Assembly: GCA_002104905.1 (NCBI GenBank)
Contig: MCFE01000189.1
Coordinates: 1 to 64,000 of the forward strand
Source of the DNA: Basidiobolus meristosporus CBS 931.73
Lineage: Eukaryota; Fungi; Basidiobolomycota
DNA length: 64,000 nt
Reading direction: 5' to 3'
In this document: piece by piece, positions 62,001 to 64,000 of the stretch
How positions within the stretch are numbered: the stretch's first letter is position 1
Layout of the letters: each line of letters opens with the position of its first letter
The notes under the pieces: model-generated
What the model saw: only the letters and a program-made list of their open reading frames with translations
Told to the model about the DNA's origin: nothing
Database searches by the model: none
Program-made: the position numbers and the translations under genes

Positions 62001-64000
62001 AAAGCTTAAAAGTCACTATATGATCTCAAACAATCACCTAGAGCCTGGAATTTCACAATAGATTCTTATTTGGAATCTTTGAGTTTCAAAAGGAGTAATG
62101 CTGACTATAGTATATACTATAAGCCAGATAGAGTAAGTCCAGTTCTATTAGCTCTATAGGTGGATGATGTTATTATAGCAACTAATAACTCACAAACATT
62201 GGAAGAGACTAAATCCAGCCTATCTAGGGAGTTTAAGATGTCTGATCTAGGAGAACTCAGTAGACTTGTTCCGTTGGATAGTGCCACATTGAGCCATGAA
62301 TGCCAAATGATGCCATAGTGTGCCAGGGAGGCCAAGTGAGCCTAAACTTGGCCACAGAGTGTGGAACATAGATCTGCATCTTCATGCAAAGCAGCCCCTG
62401 TGTTTCACTCACTGTGATGGAGAAAATCCATTTTTTGACCTTTTTTTTAGGTCAATGTTGTACAGGATGCGCAAGAGCACTAAAGGATTGAAGATATGCA
62501 TCTGGTACTCAATACCCATGGCACTCTGAATCTAGCTCCTGTGGCTTGTAACATGTCACAAAAATGCATGGCACTATCTTAGTCCACTGGTACTATCTGG
62601 CACTATAAGTGCTTTGTATTGATCTTACTTTGGAGCCAATATTTAAATATAGTGCCGGATAGTACCAGTGGACTAAGATAGTGCCATGCATTTTCGTGAC
62701 ATGTTACAAGCCGCAGGAGCTAGATTCAGAGTGCCATGGGTATTGAGTACCAGATGCATATCTTCAATCCTTTAGTGCTCTTGTGCATCCTGTACAACAT
62801 TGACCTAAAAAAAAAGGTCAAAAAATGGATTTTCTCCATCACAGTGAGTGAAACACAGGGGCTGCTTTGCATGAAGATGCAGATCTATGTTCCACACTCT
62901 GTGGCCAAGTTTAGGCTCACTTGGCCTCCCTGGCACACTATGGCATCATTTGGCATTCATGGCTCAATGTGGCACTATCCAACGGAACAAGTCTAGTTAC
63001 TAATTAGGGATTAAGTTCTCCACAGACAGAAGTACCCAGACTAATACCCTAGGCCAATCCATGTATATTCAAGATGTACTAAAGAGTACCAAATGGAAGA
63101 CTGTAAACAGGCAGCTACCCTAATAGAGACAAACCTTAGCTTGGTCAAAACTCAAGCAAATCAAGAGAGCTTGGTGCCATCTTAAAGCCCTGACTTTCCT
63201 TATCAATCTATGATTGGCAGTCTGATGTATTTCATGCTTGGAACATGTCCAGATATCTCATGTTCAGTGGGAGTTGTCAGCCAGCATAATCAGAACTATG
63301 GATCTGACTATATTGCAGCAGTTAAGTGAATTTTTAGATATCTAAAAGGAACTGCTGATATCTGCATAAGATACACTGATAAGAATTCTCAACAAGATCT
63401 TGTGTGATACACTGATGCAAATTGGGGGTGAAATTTGGAAGACAGAAGATCCACCACATGATACACCTTTCTTTACTGTAAAGGAGCAATTTCATGGAAT
63501 TCAAGAAAGCAACCAACTGTAGCACTTTCTACCACAGAGGCAGAGTATATGGCAGCCTCTGAAGCTACAAGAGAAGCAATGTGGCTAAGAAAGCTTCTTA
63601 CAGATTTAGGCCAATGTCAAAAGACTTCTATTACTTTGTTTTGAGATAATCAACAATGTATACAATTAGGTAGAATCCAACTTTTCATGCTAGAACTAAG
63701 CACAAAGATATCAGACATCATTTCAAATGTGAAGCTATAGAGAATAATCTGGTTGGCTTAGTTTACTATCCTTCAGATGAAATGATTGCAGACAAATTCA
63801 CCAAGCCATTAGCCAGAGACAAGTTTGAATATTGTAGGTCAAAATTAGGACTACTCAGTATGAACATTTAGCTGAGTGGAAGCATTGTAAGAATTTGTAA
63901 TTCCACCAAAATATTCATCCAGCTTAGTCACTTTGATCATTACATTCAAATCCTAGAGAATACTGACCAAATTCCTTGTTGGGATTTACTTGGAATATTT
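59023..64000 (+). mobile_element. Defective Copia element B: 5' LTR 59023-59371, PBS, gag-PR-INT-RT-RH, PPT, LTR from about 63883 to the window end
   Basis: [105 protein letters not shown]-before-RT order is diagnostic of Copia. Purine tract GCTGAGTGGAAG precedes the LTR. Confidence 0.95.
62262..62994. mobile_element. 733-bp foldback/MITE-like non-autonomous element; arms 62262-62607 and 62648-62994, 40-bp spacer
   Basis: The arms are reverse complements with 4 substitutions and 1 homopolymer indel. Flanked by AGT on both sides (62259-61 and 62995-97). Removing it plus one AGT restores Copia RT D-L-G-E-L-S-Y-x-L-G-I. Confidence 0.92.

Noticed and set aside
62320-62996. Mirror-image ORFs of 69 and 86 aa on opposite strands
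   Set aside because: A direct consequence of the palindrome; no transposase or other motif.

Overview
Intron-rich fungal genomic DNA with short GT-AG introns of about 50-80 nt. The gene content suggests an early-diverging, Basidiobolus-like fungus, but this is inference. A core of housekeeping genes is flanked by decayed, CpG-depleted Ty1/Copia debris at 1-1.3 kb, 16.1-17.0 kb and 55.2-64 kb. Genes in order: MINDY deubiquitinase, MVP1/SNX8, a minimal Pcl-type cyclin, PET117 (spliced, absent from the ORF track), an AVT1-like amino-acid transporter, phospholipase D1, VTC1 and VTC4 head-to-head, AK6/FAP7, RanBP9/10 (GID1-like), MID1, a HERP/Usa1-like UBL membrane protein, a P4-ATPase flippase, an orphan coiled-coil ORF, YTH1/CPSF30 and a TPS1-type synthase fused to a motif-intact TPP domain. 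Most notable: (1) a 733-bp near-perfect palindromic foldback element inside the Copia RT, whose four arm substitutions are all CpG transitions; (2) a Copia family with a Ty5/copia-type tRNAiMet anticodon-loop PBS that repeatedly nests in itself; (3) a 9-nt microexon carrying a PLD catalytic histidine; (4) a potentially bifunctional TPS1-TPP protein; (5) the VTC1/VTC4 divergent pair. Exon boundaries were read by eye. No rRNA, tRNA or CRISPR array was recognised.
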